From: a virus
DNA: 64,000 nucleotides
Virus record (IMG/VR): IMGVR_UViG_3300043411_000910
Span: 24,475-88,474 of that record
Strand: one strand, 5' to 3'
The stretch's first letter is position 1; each line of letters opens with the position of its first letter. The position numbers and the translations under genes are program-made. Under the pieces are notes generated by a model. The model was not told the DNA's origin. It saw only the letters and a list, made by a program, of their open reading frames with translations, and did no database searches. Positions 38,174-48,778 of the stretch are shown here, one piece after another.

Positions 38174-40891
38174 GTGGAAAAAATAATAATAAAGAACAAT
38201 AAAGAATGCCAACTTCAAACAGAAAATGAAGAAGTAGTAAAAAAAGTAAAAAAGCTATTATCATTTAAAGCAAGCGGTGTTGAATATACTCAAGCATATA
38301 AAAATGGATGGAATGGGATAACTTATTTGCTATCTAACAAAGGTACATTTGGTCTTGGGTTGTTAAATCATGTTATTAATAATTTACCAGAATTTGAATT
38401 TGAGATAGTAGATAACAGGAAAAATACATTTGAATATGTACCAATGGATCTATCTAAAAAACTAGAATCTATAAATATGATTCCACGAGAACATCAAGTA
38501 AGATGTTTAGATGCTGCAAAAAATAATAATAAAGGCATATTAAGATCGGCAACAGGTTCAGGGAAATGCAACAACATAGATTCTGTTAATTTAACAGAGC
38601 TTGGTATGCTCTCTTATAGGGAGCTTTCTGAGTATTTTAATATTTCTTTAAACGATGGAGAAGCTTATCCCATAAAAATAGATGTAGCTACACCATTGAA
38701 TAAAGATAGAGATGAAGCATCTATGATTTACCATGATGGTAAAACAATGTCAAAAAAAATAACTACAAGATTTGGTTACTCTGTTACCGGGACTTTAGAT
38801 CATAAAATTAAAGTAATTGACAAATCTGGTGATTTTCTTTGGAAAAGAATGGAAGACTTGTCATTTGATGATTATGCGGTTATCTCATATAATAATCAGA
38901 TGTTTGGTAAAGAAAAAATGTCAAATGATGAGGCTTATTTTCTTGGATTAATTATAGGGGATGGGTCGATTACCGATTCGCATAAAAATAGCATAACCAT
39001 AACGAATATGGATCAACATATAATAGATTTTGTAATGAAATATACCAAATCTATTGGTCTGAATCCAAAACTATCACAAACAAAATCTAAAGCGCACAAT
39101 ATACACGTACACTCTTCAAAATATAGAAAACATTTATTAAATCTTGGGGTTAAGTATTGTAAATCGACAGGTAAAGAAATTCCTAAATATATTAGAATGC
39201 TAGAGAAAGAGCCTTTATCTTACTTGATAAGGGGTATTTATGAGACAGATGGTTGGGTTGAAAAGACAAATGACTCAACTTGTATTTGTTTAGCACTTTC
39301 AAATGAAAAAATAATAGAACAGATCCAACTAATTTTACTTAATTTTGGAATTGTATCAAGCAAATCTGTAAAAAAGACAAAAAATGAAAACTCACATAAA
39401 ATTACAATATATTCATCATTTGTTGATAGATTTATGGAGCAAATTGGCTTAGATAAATTGGGTCATAAATATAATAAAGTAATGTCTAGTGTAAAAAAAG
39501 TAAAAAATGATAATGTTGATTTGATACCAAATCAAGAAGATAAGATAAATAATATATATAAAATAATCACAAAAGAAAAAATAAACTTAACTGTAAAAAA
39601 ACATACAATTAGATCATGGGCTTCATGGAGAACTCCATCTAGATCTAATTTAAAATCAATGATTTATGAATTTGAAAATAAATACAAGGAAACTTATGAT
39701 TCATTGAAAATAAAAGAAATATTGGACGGGGATTTAATCTATCTAAAGATAGAAAAAATAGAAAATGTTATGTCTGATAATTATGATTTCTCAATACCTA
39801 AAACTCATAGTTTTGTTTCGCAAGGTTTTATAAATCATAACACAATGATTGCTGCCATGATTGCTGCTGAATTTAATGAACCAACTATAATATATGTCAT
39901 AGGCTTGGATCTACTACAACAATTCCATAATTTATTTTCAAAGATATTTGATGAGGAAATTGGTTGGATTGGAAATGGAATTGTTAATCCAAAAAGAATC
40001 ACAATAGCAAGTATATGGTCATTAGGATCAGCATTAGATTTTAAAAAGACTTTATTTCTAGATGATGAGGCAACAAAAGAATTACCTGCATCATTGCAAG
40101 ATAAGAAGAAAATTCTAGAATGTTTAAAGGCAGCTAAGACTCATATAATTGATGAATGCCATGCATGTACTTGTGATACTATTCAGAGTATCTATAAATT
40201 TATAGATCCAAAAAGAATATATGGTTTATCAGGAACTCCATACAGAGATGATGGCAGTGACTTATTAGTTACTTCATTACTTGGTGAAATAATAGAAGAT
40301 GTATCTGCTTCTGAACTAATAGAAAAGAAAATCTTAACAGAGCCAATAATAAAATTTGTTATGGTTCCACATCAAAATATTCAAGTAAGAACATACAATG
40401 AAGTATACAAAGAATATGTTGTTTGTAATGAATACAGAAACAATATGATATTATCTCAATCAATTAAGCTAATAGAAAAGGGATACAAAGTTCTTGTGCT
40501 ATTTAAAACAATAGATCATGGCAAGATGCTTCTTGAAATGTTTAGAGATAAAAATGTAAATTGTGATTTGTTAAATGGTAATGATAGTTTAGATAAAAGA
40601 AATGAGGTTAAGGCTAAATTAGAAGCTGGCAATCTTGATTGTTTGATAGCTTCTACAATATTAGACATTGGTTTTGATGCTCCGATATTATCGGCATTAG
40701 TTTTAGCTGGAGCTGGGAAATCAAAGATAAGAGCATTACAAAGAATAGGAAGAATTATAAGATTTCATCCATCAAAGAAAAGATGTGCTGTGGTTGACTT
40801 TATGGATAATTGTAGATTCTTAGATAAACATTCTAAGATAAGATATGAGACGTATAAGCAGGAATCTGGATTTAAGATATTAGGAAGTTAA
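38174..40891 (+). CDS. SF2 DExH helicase (UvsW/XPB-like) containing an intein
   Basis: HQ motif, ATGSGK/T Walker A split by the intein, DECH, LSGT, IGFDAP, QRIGRIIR. Confidence 0.92.
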   Translation: MEKIIIKNNKECQLQTENEEVVKKVKKLLSFKASGVEYTQAYKNGWNGITYLLSNKGTFGLGLLNHVINNLPEFEFEIVDNRKNTFEYVPMDLSKKLESINMIPREHQVRCLDAAKNNNKGILRSATGSGKCNNIDSVNLTELGMLSYRELSEYFNISLNDGEAYPIKIDVATPLNKDRDEASMIYHDGKTMSKKITTRFGYSVTGTLDHKIKVIDKSGDFLWKRMEDLSFDDYAVISYNNQMFGKEKMSNDEAYFLGLIIGDGSITDSHKNSITITNMDQHIIDFVMKYTKSIGLNPKLSQTKSKAHNIHVHSSKYRKHLLNLGVKYCKSTGKEIPKYIRMLEKEPLSYLIRGIYETDGWVEKTNDSTCICLALSNEKIIEQIQLILLNFGIVSSKSVKKTKNENSHKITIYSSFVDRFMEQIGLDKLGHKYNKVMSSVKKVKNDNVDLIPNQEDKINNIYKIITKEKINLTVKKHTIRSWASWRTPSRSNLKSMIYEFENKYKETYDSLKIKEILDGDLIYLKIEKIENVMSDNYDFSIPKTHSFVSQGFINHNTMIAAMIAAEFNEPTIIYVIGLDLLQQFHNLFSKIFDEEIGWIGNGIVNPKRITIASIWSLGSALDFKKTLFLDDEATKELPASLQDKKKILECLKAAKTHIIDECHACTCDTIQSIYKFIDPKRIYGLSGTPYRDDGSDLLVTSLLGEIIEDVSASELIEKKILTEPIIKFVMVPHQNIQVRTYNEVYKEYVVCNEYRNNMILSQSIKLIEKGYKVLVLFKTIDHGKMLLEMFRDKNVNCDLLNGNDSLDKRNEVKAKLEAGNLDCLIASTILDIGFDAPILSALVLAGAGKSKIRALQRIGRIIRFHPSKKRCAVVDFMDNCRFLDKHSKIRYETYKQESGFKILGS
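38567..39841 (+). mobile_element. Intein with LAGLIDADG homing endonuclease (425 aa) in helicase Walker A
   Basis: GK|CNNIDS start, block B GTLDHK, LGLIIGDG and IRGIYETDG, ends HSFVSQGFINHN|T. Confidence 0.93.
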
Positions 40892-40892
40892 A

Positions 40893-41444
40893 ATGAATTA
40901 TGAAGCCCCAAACAATTTTTATTCAAAGTTTTTCTCTAAGTTCTCTGAAATAGATAGCTTAGCTATTTCTGATTGGAGTAAAACCCATGTTCTAGGATAC
41001 TTTTGTAAAAAGTATTATGATAAATACAATAAACTATATTCATTTAAGTTTAATACCCCTCAGCCATCAAAGTCATTCGAAATATTTCAAATAAATAAAC
41101 TTTATATAAGTTTAAGCTCAGATCCAAAAGTTCTTAAGTCTTATATAGATTGGATATTTGAAACAAAAGTAAATAGAGCTAAAAGACAATTGACATCAAT
41201 AAGCTTTCTTACAACAGAACAAGATTTGTATGCATTTAAAAACAAATATCTTTCTGGAACACTTAACGAAATGGTAATAGACAGAACAACTAAATTACCA
41301 GAAGAGATTAAATCAATTTGTAACATTGATAACTATGGTGACTTGACGTTCTTCCTATCAGTAGAGTCAGAAGAATGTGTAGAGTTAAAGAAGAAACTTG
41401 TAGAGTTAAAGTTTGATCTTGGTTCGTTGTCAAAGGTAAGATGA
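40893..41444 (+). CDS. Hypothetical protein in replication cluster
   Basis: 183-aa ORF between helicase and loader. Confidence 0.65.
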   Translation: MNYEAPNNFYSKFFSKFSEIDSLAISDWSKTHVLGYFCKKYYDKYNKLYSFKFNTPQPSKSFEIFQINKLYISLSSDPKVLKSYIDWIFETKVNRAKRQLTSISFLTTEQDLYAFKNKYLSGTLNEMVIDRTTKLPEEIKSICNIDNYGDLTFFLSVESEECVELKKKLVELKFDLGSLSKVR

Positions 41445-41845
41445 AGCCAAAAAAGAATGAGTCTGTAAAAATAACATTGAAGCAAAATATACTAATAGCT
41501 GGGTTGGTTGTATCTTGGAGTAGTACTAAAGTCGTTCTAAAACATAAAAACGATACAATAGTTATTCCAGATGTATCTAATATACTTTTCTATCTAATAG
41601 AAAATAAAGTAGAAAAAGTTATCCAGCCTAGAATAGAGAAAATAGAAATTATAGATAGAAGTGATCTTAGTATAGAAGAAAGGATAGATATAGATTCTAA
41701 AAATCTAGCAGAGTTAAAAGTAGAAGAAGCTAAAGCAGAAAGAGAAATGGCTTCAGAGAAATTAAAAGATTTAACCTTTTCAAGAGTAGGTGGAAGTAAC
41801 TATGGAATCCCAAGCATCATTTCAAAGATCAAAATATCTAAATAA
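41441..41845 (+). CDS. Hypothetical protein (possible Sm/SH3-like N-terminus)
   Basis: ATGA overlap; beta-rich N-terminus and coiled C-terminus. Confidence 0.55.
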   Translation: MKPKKNESVKITLKQNILIAGLVVSWSSTKVVLKHKNDTIVIPDVSNILFYLIENKVEKVIQPRIEKIEIIDRSDLSIEERIDIDSKNLAELKVEEAKAEREMASEKLKDLTFSRVGGSNYGIPSIISKIKISK

Positions 41846-42500
41846 TATCCCAACAAAAAAGCTATCTTCAAAAATAGAAGAAATAAAAAAGCTAGACATA
41901 GACATTAAAATAAAAACAAACAAAATAAGGGCAGTTAATAGATTTGCTGAATCAAATATACCAGCTTCATATTGGGATATTTGGATGGATACTCATTTCA
42001 CAGGCGATCAAAGGCTGTTAACTAAGTATCAGAATTACATAGAAAACATAGAAGATAATTTTAATTCAGGGAAATCTTTATGCCTATGTGGAAACACAGG
42101 TGTTGGTAAGAGTATGACGATATCAAACATTCTAAAGTTAGCAGCAATTAAGAATTATAATTGTTTGTATATAACATTGAGTGATCTTGTCACGGTTTTA
42201 ACTACAAACAATGACGAAAAGTTTCTAGTTAGAAAAGAAATAAATACTGTTGATTTTCTAGCTATTGACGAATTTGATCCAAGGTTTATATTATCATCTA
42301 ACGCATCTGATTTATATGGCTCTACTCTAGAGCTTGTATTCAGATCTAGGATACAAAACAAATTACCAACATTAATGGCTACAAATTCTCCTAATCCATT
42401 AGAAGCTTTTTCTGGTCCATTAAAAGATAGCTTAAAGAGCATCTTTAATTATTTGGAAATGTTTCCTGTACTAGGAAAAGATCATAGGAGTATTAAATGA
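41802..42500 (+). CDS. DnaC/IstB-like AAA+ helicase loader
   Basis: GNTGVGKS Walker A, FLAIDEF Walker B, RIQNKLPTLMATN; directly before dnaB. Confidence 0.88.
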   Translation: MESQASFQRSKYLNNIPTKKLSSKIEEIKKLDIDIKIKTNKIRAVNRFAESNIPASYWDIWMDTHFTGDQRLLTKYQNYIENIEDNFNSGKSLCLCGNTGVGKSMTISNILKLAAIKNYNCLYITLSDLVTVLTTNNDEKFLVRKEINTVDFLAIDEFDPRFILSSNASDLYGSTLELVFRSRIQNKLPTLMATNSPNPLEAFSGPLKDSLKSIFNYLEMFPVLGKDHRSIK

Positions 42501-43882
42501 GTTTAGATATTAATATATTGAAAGTTTTAGTATCAAATAAAAATCTTGCAATGGAGTTTGTTCACGAATGTGATGAAACTTTACTTTCTCCAGATTATTG
42601 GTTTATTGGTAAAGCAATAGTAAATTACATTAAAACATATAAAGAAGTTCCAACTCAAAAAGTTCTATCAGAAAAGTTTTCTAATAAAAAAGAAATATTA
42701 GACTCTGTAAATAAACTATTCTCAGAAATAGAGAAAACTTCATATGACGATAAAGAATTTAGATTTGATATTGATAAACTAAAACAAAGGTTTATACAAA
42801 ATAAAATCTCAAGATTAAGATCTGAGTTAAGTGATTCTTTAAACATAGATAAATCTTATTCTCTAATAAAGAAAACAATAGAAGATGTATCATCTATTAC
42901 AAAAACAAAATCATATGAAAGAAAAACATTAAAAGATTCTATTTCTTCATTCACAGAGGAATATAATGCAAAGCTTGATGCAAGAAAGAATGGCAAGGAA
43001 CTAAATGATTCTATAAAAACTTGCTATTCAGGAATAGATGAAGCAACTGGGGGAATGAGGGAAGCTGAGCTTATATTAATAGCTGGTGAATCTGGGTCAG
43101 GTAAATCAACCATGTTGCTTAATATAGCTATACAAGCATGGTTGCAAGGAAATACTATAGATTCAACTGAATTTACTGAGGGTACTAATGGTTGTTATTA
43201 CACATTAGAAATGCCTCATAAAGTTGTGTTTAATAGAGTATTGGCAAAATTAGCTGACGTTAATGTTAAACGAATCAAGTCTGCAAAGCTTACGCAAGAT
43301 GAGAAAGCCCGTGTCAAGAAAGCCATGGAGTTTATTAAACGTTATCCATATAGTTTTGAGATAATAGACTTTCCAAGAAATACGACTGTTGAGGCTATTG
43401 AAGCTGTGCATATGGATATAAAGTCAAGTTTTAATCCAGCATTTATAGCAATAGATTATTTACAATTAATGGATACTTCAGAAAAAATATCTGAGGATTT
43501 TTTAAAACTTGGTAGGCTAGCCGAACTTTTACATGAATTTGCCAGGGTACACAAGGTTCCTGTGTTATCGGCTGTACAACTAAATAGACCTAAACAGACC
43601 AAAGAATTAGATTCTAATATTGGATTACACAGAATAGGTAGGTCTAATGAGATTGCAAAAAATGCTAACGTTGTTATACAAATACATTCCAGACAAAATG
43701 AAAGCAATTATCCAGATCTAGAATACTATATAATAAAAAATAGAGATGGTGATCTGATAAAAGGTAGACTGATCAAGAAACTTGAATGTGCTACATTAAT
43801 AGATGATGCAATAGATTACTCTGAAGATTTTGTTGATTGTGATGACCTCACTGATAGTATAGATGATATACAAAGGTTATAA
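42497..43882 (+). CDS. dnaB: Replicative DNA helicase DnaB-like
   Basis: AGESGSGKS, TLEM, IDYLQLM, SAVQLNR, KNRDG. Confidence 0.92.
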   Translation: MSLDINILKVLVSNKNLAMEFVHECDETLLSPDYWFIGKAIVNYIKTYKEVPTQKVLSEKFSNKKEILDSVNKLFSEIEKTSYDDKEFRFDIDKLKQRFIQNKISRLRSELSDSLNIDKSYSLIKKTIEDVSSITKTKSYERKTLKDSISSFTEEYNAKLDARKNGKELNDSIKTCYSGIDEATGGMREAELILIAGESGSGKSTMLLNIAIQAWLQGNTIDSTEFTEGTNGCYYTLEMPHKVVFNRVLAKLADVNVKRIKSAKLTQDEKARVKKAMEFIKRYPYSFEIIDFPRNTTVEAIEAVHMDIKSSFNPAFIAIDYLQLMDTSEKISEDFLKLGRLAELLHEFARVHKVPVLSAVQLNRPKQTKELDSNIGLHRIGRSNEIAKNANVVIQIHSRQNESNYPDLEYYIIKNRDGDLIKGRLIKKLECATLIDDAIDYSEDFVDCDDLTDSIDDIQRL

Positions 43883-44998
43883 TTGATTAAGCTTACTCAA
43901 GAAGAATTTATAAACAAATGCAAAGCGATCTATAATTCCACTATGGATTACAGTGATACTAAATATATAAATGCAAGAACTGATGTACAAATTAAATGTA
44001 TGATCCATAACATGGACTTTATAATAAAGCCACAATTACATTTAAAAGGAGTTGGATGTAGGAGTTGTTGTAGGTTTATGACATTTGAAAAATTTTTATT
44101 GGAGGCTAGAGCAAAGCATAGAGATAAATTTTTATATGAGTTTAGTGGGGGTAAATTTACCAGGGATTCTAAAATAAATATAAAATGCAAAGACCACGGT
44201 TGGTTTGAGCAAGGACCAACTATTCATCTTAAATCAAGTACTGGTTGTGGTAAGTGTAGTACAATAAAAATTAATAATAAAACACTAAAAGAAAGAAAAG
44301 AGGCATTCATATCAAAAGCTAAAAAAATACATGGTGATAAATTTGACTATTCAAAAGTTGAGTATAAAAATAATATCAAAAAGATAGAAATATCATGTGA
44401 ATACCATGGCTCATTTTTTGTTATGCCAGTATCACATTTAAAACAAAGTTCTAGATGTCCAAAATGTTATTTGGGATTAATAACATTAGATACCGATGAT
44501 TTTATAATTAGATCAACAGAGACCCATGGTGACAGATATGATTACTCAAAATCTGTTTATAAAAATTCGAAAGAATATATAGAAATAATTTGCCAAAAAC
44601 ATGGCTCTTTCTTTCAGAGAGCGGGGCAGCATATATATGGTCAGGGATGTCCTGATTGTAAACCATATCATTCTGGAAAAGAAGATGAGTGGATAGGCTC
44701 TTTAAATAATCCAAATATAGTTAGAAATCACTACATAAAATATGGCAATGAAAGGATACATCCAGATGGTTTTGATCCTATAACAAACACAGTATATGAA
44801 TTTAATGGGTCATATTGGCATGGCGACAATAGAGTATTTAATCATTGCGATACTAATACTTGTGTTGGGAAAACTTTTGGTGAATTATATTCGAAAACAA
44901 TAGATAGAGAAAATAAAATAAAAGAGCTTGGTTACAATTTAGTTGTAATGTGGGAAGAAGATTATAAACAAGGAACAAATGCCAACATATTATCATGA
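43883..44998 (+). CDS. Free-standing EDxHD/Vsr-like homing endonuclease with four zinc-binding repeats
   Basis: Four repeats of F..kA...HgDkyDYS...Y.N....I.I.C..HG.F......HL...CPkC; C-terminal PDGFD..VYEFNGSYWHG..LVVMWE. Confidence 0.8.
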   Translation: MIKLTQEEFINKCKAIYNSTMDYSDTKYINARTDVQIKCMIHNMDFIIKPQLHLKGVGCRSCCRFMTFEKFLLEARAKHRDKFLYEFSGGKFTRDSKINIKCKDHGWFEQGPTIHLKSSTGCGKCSTIKINNKTLKERKEAFISKAKKIHGDKFDYSKVEYKNNIKKIEISCEYHGSFFVMPVSHLKQSSRCPKCYLGLITLDTDDFIIRSTETHGDRYDYSKSVYKNSKEYIEIICQKHGSFFQRAGQHIYGQGCPDCKPYHSGKEDEWIGSLNNPNIVRNHYIKYGNERIHPDGFDPITNTVYEFNGSYWHGDNRVFNHCDTNTCVGKTFGELYSKTIDRENKIKELGYNLVVMWEEDYKQGTNANILS

Positions 44999-45326
44999 AT
45001 GTCAGAATGAAGAATGCAATCACGCATGGGAAGATCAATATTCAATTAAAGCTGATCCACCAAAGCAATGTCCTAAGTGTTTACAAGAAACAGCAAAGCG
45101 TATGATTAACTGCCAAGGAGGAAAAGAAGTTTTACTAGCTGGACAAGATCTTGTTGATAAGGTTAAACAAGATGCAGTTAAGCTAAGACATGAGCTTTCA
45201 ACTAATGAAAATGCTTATGCCAATTTTATAGGAGAAGATAAATATCAAAATAAAATGAAAGAGAAGGATAGTATGAGGGATTATATGAAAGAAGCAAAAT
45301 CATTTAGAAGGATTTACGATAGGTAA
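44979..45326 (+). CDS. FmdB-family zinc ribbon protein
   Basis: MPTYYHECQNEECNH..CPKC..AKRMI. Confidence 0.85.
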   Translation: MPTYYHECQNEECNHAWEDQYSIKADPPKQCPKCLQETAKRMINCQGGKEVLLAGQDLVDKVKQDAVKLRHELSTNENAYANFIGEDKYQNKMKEKDSMRDYMKEAKSFRRIYDR

Positions 45327-45328
45327 AA

Positions 45329-45517
45329 ATGACTTACACTTATTATTGTGAAATACATGGCGAGTTTGAAGTTGATCAGAAGATAAGCGACAAGGCATTG
45401 GAATTTTGCGAACAATGCGCCGCAGAAAATGTTTCGACGAAAGTTAAAAGATTGATATCATCTTCTGGTGGATTTATACTAACAGGGAGCGGGTGGGGAA
45501 AAGATAATTACTCATAA
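45329..45517 (+). CDS. FmdB-family zinc ribbon protein
   Basis: MTYTYYCEIHG..CEQC..VKRLISSSGGFILTGSGW..DNY. Confidence 0.85.
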   Translation: MTYTYYCEIHGEFEVDQKISDKALEFCEQCAAENVSTKVKRLISSSGGFILTGSGWGKDNYS

Positions 45518-45527
45518 GGAATTAAAT

Positions 45528-46115
45528 ATGCTAACAGAGAAAGAAGCGCAAGATATATTTAAAAATTTCGTAGAGCTAAAAAACCTAGCAGATGGTGATA
45601 AAACATACGTAACAAAACTAAAAAGACAAGAAAATTTTATGATGAGAGAGTTTAAATACATAATTGAATCAAAAACGGCTAAATATAAAAAGCATAGTAA
45701 TTATGATGACTTAAACCAAGATGGGTATGAAGCATTGCTAATGGGGATTAAGACTTATTCACCAGATAAAGGATCTATATTCTGGTGGCTTCATAAATAT
45801 ATAGGGACAAAAGTTTCTAGATCAGCAAACATGCATTCAGTTGTAAGATCTTCAATAAAAAGATCATCTCAAGGCGACATACCAAAGTGTGATAATTCTC
45901 CTATAAATCTTGTTGATAAAACGACGCCATTTGATATTCTAAATCAAATGGAAACAGAGAAGATAGTAAAAGAAAAGCTATCAAAACTATCTAAAGAAGA
46001 TTATGATCTTATCACAAATGTTTATAAGATGAGTAATGATGATGCTGAAGAGATAAAAGCTAGTAAAGTATCAAATAAGCTTGCAAAGATACTAAGAAAA
46101 CTACGCAAAAAATGA
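45528..46115 (+). CDS. Sigma70-family RNA polymerase sigma factor
   Basis: Region 2 YDDLNQDGYEALLMGIKTYSPDKGSIFWW; shortened region 4. Confidence 0.8.
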   Translation: MLTEKEAQDIFKNFVELKNLADGDKTYVTKLKRQENFMMREFKYIIESKTAKYKKHSNYDDLNQDGYEALLMGIKTYSPDKGSIFWWLHKYIGTKVSRSANMHSVVRSSIKRSSQGDIPKCDNSPINLVDKTTPFDILNQMETEKIVKEKLSKLSKEDYDLITNVYKMSNDDAEEIKASKVSNKLAKILRKLRKK

Positions 46116-46143
46116 TAGTGTAAATTTTTGACATAACTTAACC

Positions 46144-46176
46144 AAGACCTGTTGTACCATATACACAGGTCTTTTT
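46144..46176 (+). terminator. Rho-independent terminator after sigma gene
   Basis: AAGACCTGT (46144-46152) pairs with ACAGGTCTT (46165-46173), followed by a T-run. Confidence 0.65.
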
Positions 46177-46195
46177 AATTTAAACATGGATAGGA

Positions 46196-47161
46196 ATGAT
46201 GAGTAACTTAACGCAAAAAGATAATTCTAGATTTGTTTTATTTCCAATTAAAAACCAAGAGATTTGGAAAATGTATAAAGACGCTGAAGCATCTTTTTGG
46301 ACAGCGGAAGAAGTTGATCTATCAAATGATATGATAGATTGGAATAAGCTTAGCTCAAATGAGCAGCATTTTATAAAATATGTCCTAGCTTTCTTTGCCG
46401 CTTCAGATGGTATAGTTAATGAAAACTTAGCAACTAGATTTTATAATGATGTTGGCTTAGCAGAAGCAAAAGCTTTTTATGCTTTTCAAATGATGATAGA
46501 GTCTATACACAGTGAGATGTATTCGCTTCTAATAGATACATATGTTAAAGACTCAAATGAGAAAAAAGATTTGTTTAATGCGATAGATACTGTTCCATGT
46601 GTCAGTAAAAAAGCCGAATGGGCTTTAAAGTGGATTGATTCAAACAAATCCTTTGAAGAAAGGCTAATAGCATTTGCGTGCGTTGAAGGTATATTTTTCT
46701 CTTCAAGCTTTTGTAGTATATATTGGCTAAAGAAACGTGGATTGATGCCAGGATTATCATTCTCAAATGAACTTATTTCTAGAGATGAAAACATGCATTG
46801 TGAATTTGCCTGCTTATTAAGCTCTGTATCGGATGTGAAAGTTTCTAGAGAAAGAATATTAGAAATATTGACTGAGGCAGTTGATATAGAAAGGATTTTT
46901 TGTAGTAATTCTATTCCTGTTGAATTAATAGGGATGAATAGTAAATTAATGATTCAATATGTAGAATTTATTGCTGATAGGCTTTTAAATATGTTAGGAC
47001 AAGATAAGTTCTATAATTCAAAAAATCCATTTGATTTCATGGAGTCAATAAGCTTACAAGGTAAAAGCAATTTCTTTGAAAAAAGAGTTGGCGATTACAA
47101 GAAAGCTGGTGTTGGCAACTCAAAAGAAGAAAATCAAATAGGATTTGAAGCAGACTTTTAA
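46196..47161 (+). CDS. nrdB: Class Ia ribonucleotide reductase beta subunit
   Basis: [47 protein letters not shown]. Confidence 0.97.
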   Translation: MMSNLTQKDNSRFVLFPIKNQEIWKMYKDAEASFWTAEEVDLSNDMIDWNKLSSNEQHFIKYVLAFFAASDGIVNENLATRFYNDVGLAEAKAFYAFQMMIESIHSEMYSLLIDTYVKDSNEKKDLFNAIDTVPCVSKKAEWALKWIDSNKSFEERLIAFACVEGIFFSSSFCSIYWLKKRGLMPGLSFSNELISRDENMHCEFACLLSSVSDVKVSRERILEILTEAVDIERIFCSNSIPVELIGMNSKLMIQYVEFIADRLLNMLGQDKFYNSKNPFDFMESISLQGKSNFFEKRVGDYKKAGVGNSKEENQIGFEADF

Positions 47162-47176
47162 TAATGGAGAAAAAAA

Positions 47177-48778
47177 ATGCTAGTAACTAAACGAGATGGA
47201 AGCACTGAAGTAGTAAAATTTGAAAAAATTCTAAAAAGAATCCAAAGGCAATCTAAGGATCTAAAAAACATAGACGCGCACGAAGTTGCGCAGAAAGTAA
47301 TATTGGGATTATATGATAAGGTTACCACAAAAGAGCTTGATGATTTAGCTATACAAACAGCATACGCATCTACAACAAAACATCCTGATTATGATAAATT
47401 GGCTGTCAGGCTAGAGATAACAAGACTACATAAGGAAACAGATAGTACTTTTTCAAATGTAATAGAAAGTTTAAATAAAATAAAAGATAAGAATGGTAAT
47501 GATAAGAAATTAATAGCAGAAAATGTAATGAAGTTTGTAAAGAAAAATTTGCATGTATTAAACACTGCCATAGATTATAATAGAGATTTTAAATTTGATT
47601 TTTTTGGATTAAAAACTCTTCAAAGGTCGTATCTTTTAAAAATAAATGAAAAGATCGTTGAGCGTCCGCAGCACATGTGGATGCGCGTTGCTTGTGGGAT
47701 ACATTATGATGATATTGATGCTTGTATTAATACTTATAATATGCTAAGTAATATGGAAGCTACACATGCAACACCAACATTATTTAATTCTGGTTTAATA
47801 AAGAATCAACTTTCTAGTTGCTTCCTTGTAGCAATGAAGGATGATAGTGTGTCTGGGATATATGATACATTAAAAGAATGTGCATTGATATCACAATCGG
47901 CTGGTGGTATAGGATTACATGCCCACAATATTAGATCAAAAGGATCTCCTATATATGGGACAAATGGAACAAGCAATGGATTAGTTCCTATGTTGAAAGT
48001 ATTTAATGAAACTGCCAAGTATGTTGATCAAGGTGGAAATAAACGTAAAGGAAGTATAGCTATATATCTAGAGCCGTGGCACGCCGATGTAATTGATTTT
48101 CTTGATCTAAGAAAGAATAACGGCAAAGAAGAGTTAAGGGCTAGAGATTTAAATCTTGCTATATGGGCTCCTGACTTATTCTTTAAAAGAGTTAAAGCTG
48201 ATGAAGATTGGTGCTTAATGGACCCAAATGTGTCAAAAGGTTTATCTGATGTATATGGAGATGAATTTGATGCATTATATACAAAATATGAATCTGAAGG
48301 AAAATTTGTATCTAAGGTAAAAGCTAGAGATATTTGGTCTAAGATACTAGAATCGCAATTAGAAACTGGTCAACCATATTTATTAGCAAAAGATGCTGGA
48401 AATAAAAAATCAAATCAAAAAAATATAGGAACAATAAAATCTAGCAATTTATGTATTGATGGAGATGCTTTTGTAAGGGTTAAGAAAGATTTAGATGTTA
48501 ACTCTGATGAATTTTTATTTACAATGAAAGAGGTAGATGAAATGAATAAAGCAAATAAAAATAGTCTCTATATATTAGGATACGACGAGTCTGCCAAAAG
48601 AAAAGTTTATAATAGACTAATTGCTAGTAAGCTAACAAAAGAAAAGGCTAAAGTTGTTAAAATAACATCAAATGGAAAAGAATTAAGGTGTACTCCAGAC
48701 CATAAAGTATATACAAAGAATAGGGGATACGTTGAAGCAATTAATCTAAAAGAAGATGATGAGTTAGATATAATATAA
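47177..48778 (+). CDS. nrdA: Ribonucleotide reductase alpha subunit, N-terminal fragment fused to split-intein N half
   Basis: ATP cone VTKRDG, ERPQ, ATPTLFN, QLSSCF, DQGG, KSSNL, then intein N half. Confidence 0.95.
   Translation: MLVTKRDGSTEVVKFEKILKRIQRQSKDLKNIDAHEVAQKVILGLYDKVTTKELDDLAIQTAYASTTKHPDYDKLAVRLEITRLHKETDSTFSNVIESLNKIKDKNGNDKKLIAENVMKFVKKNLHVLNTAIDYNRDFKFDFFGLKTLQRSYLLKINEKIVERPQHMWMRVACGIHYDDIDACINTYNMLSNMEATHATPTLFNSGLIKNQLSSCFLVAMKDDSVSGIYDTLKECALISQSAGGIGLHAHNIRSKGSPIYGTNGTSNGLVPMLKVFNETAKYVDQGGNKRKGSIAIYLEPWHADVIDFLDLRKNNGKEELRARDLNLAIWAPDLFFKRVKADEDWCLMDPNVSKGLSDVYGDEFDALYTKYESEGKFVSKVKARDIWSKILESQLETGQPYLLAKDAGNKKSNQKNIGTIKSSNLCIDGDAFVRVKKDLDVNSDEFLFTMKEVDEMNKANKNSLYILGYDESAKRKVYNRLIASKLTKEKAKVVKITSNGKELRCTPDHKVYTKNRGYVEAINLKEDDELDII
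48452..48775 (+). mobile_element. Split intein N half (108 aa)
   Basis: Starts SNL|CIDGDAFV; block B LRCTPDHKVYT; ends RGYVEAINLKEDDELDII then stop. Confidence 0.92.

Noticed and set aside
46128-46160. TTGACA as a sigma70 -35 for nrdB
   Set aside because: No acceptable -10 at 16-18 nt spacing; TACCAT is 21 nt away.
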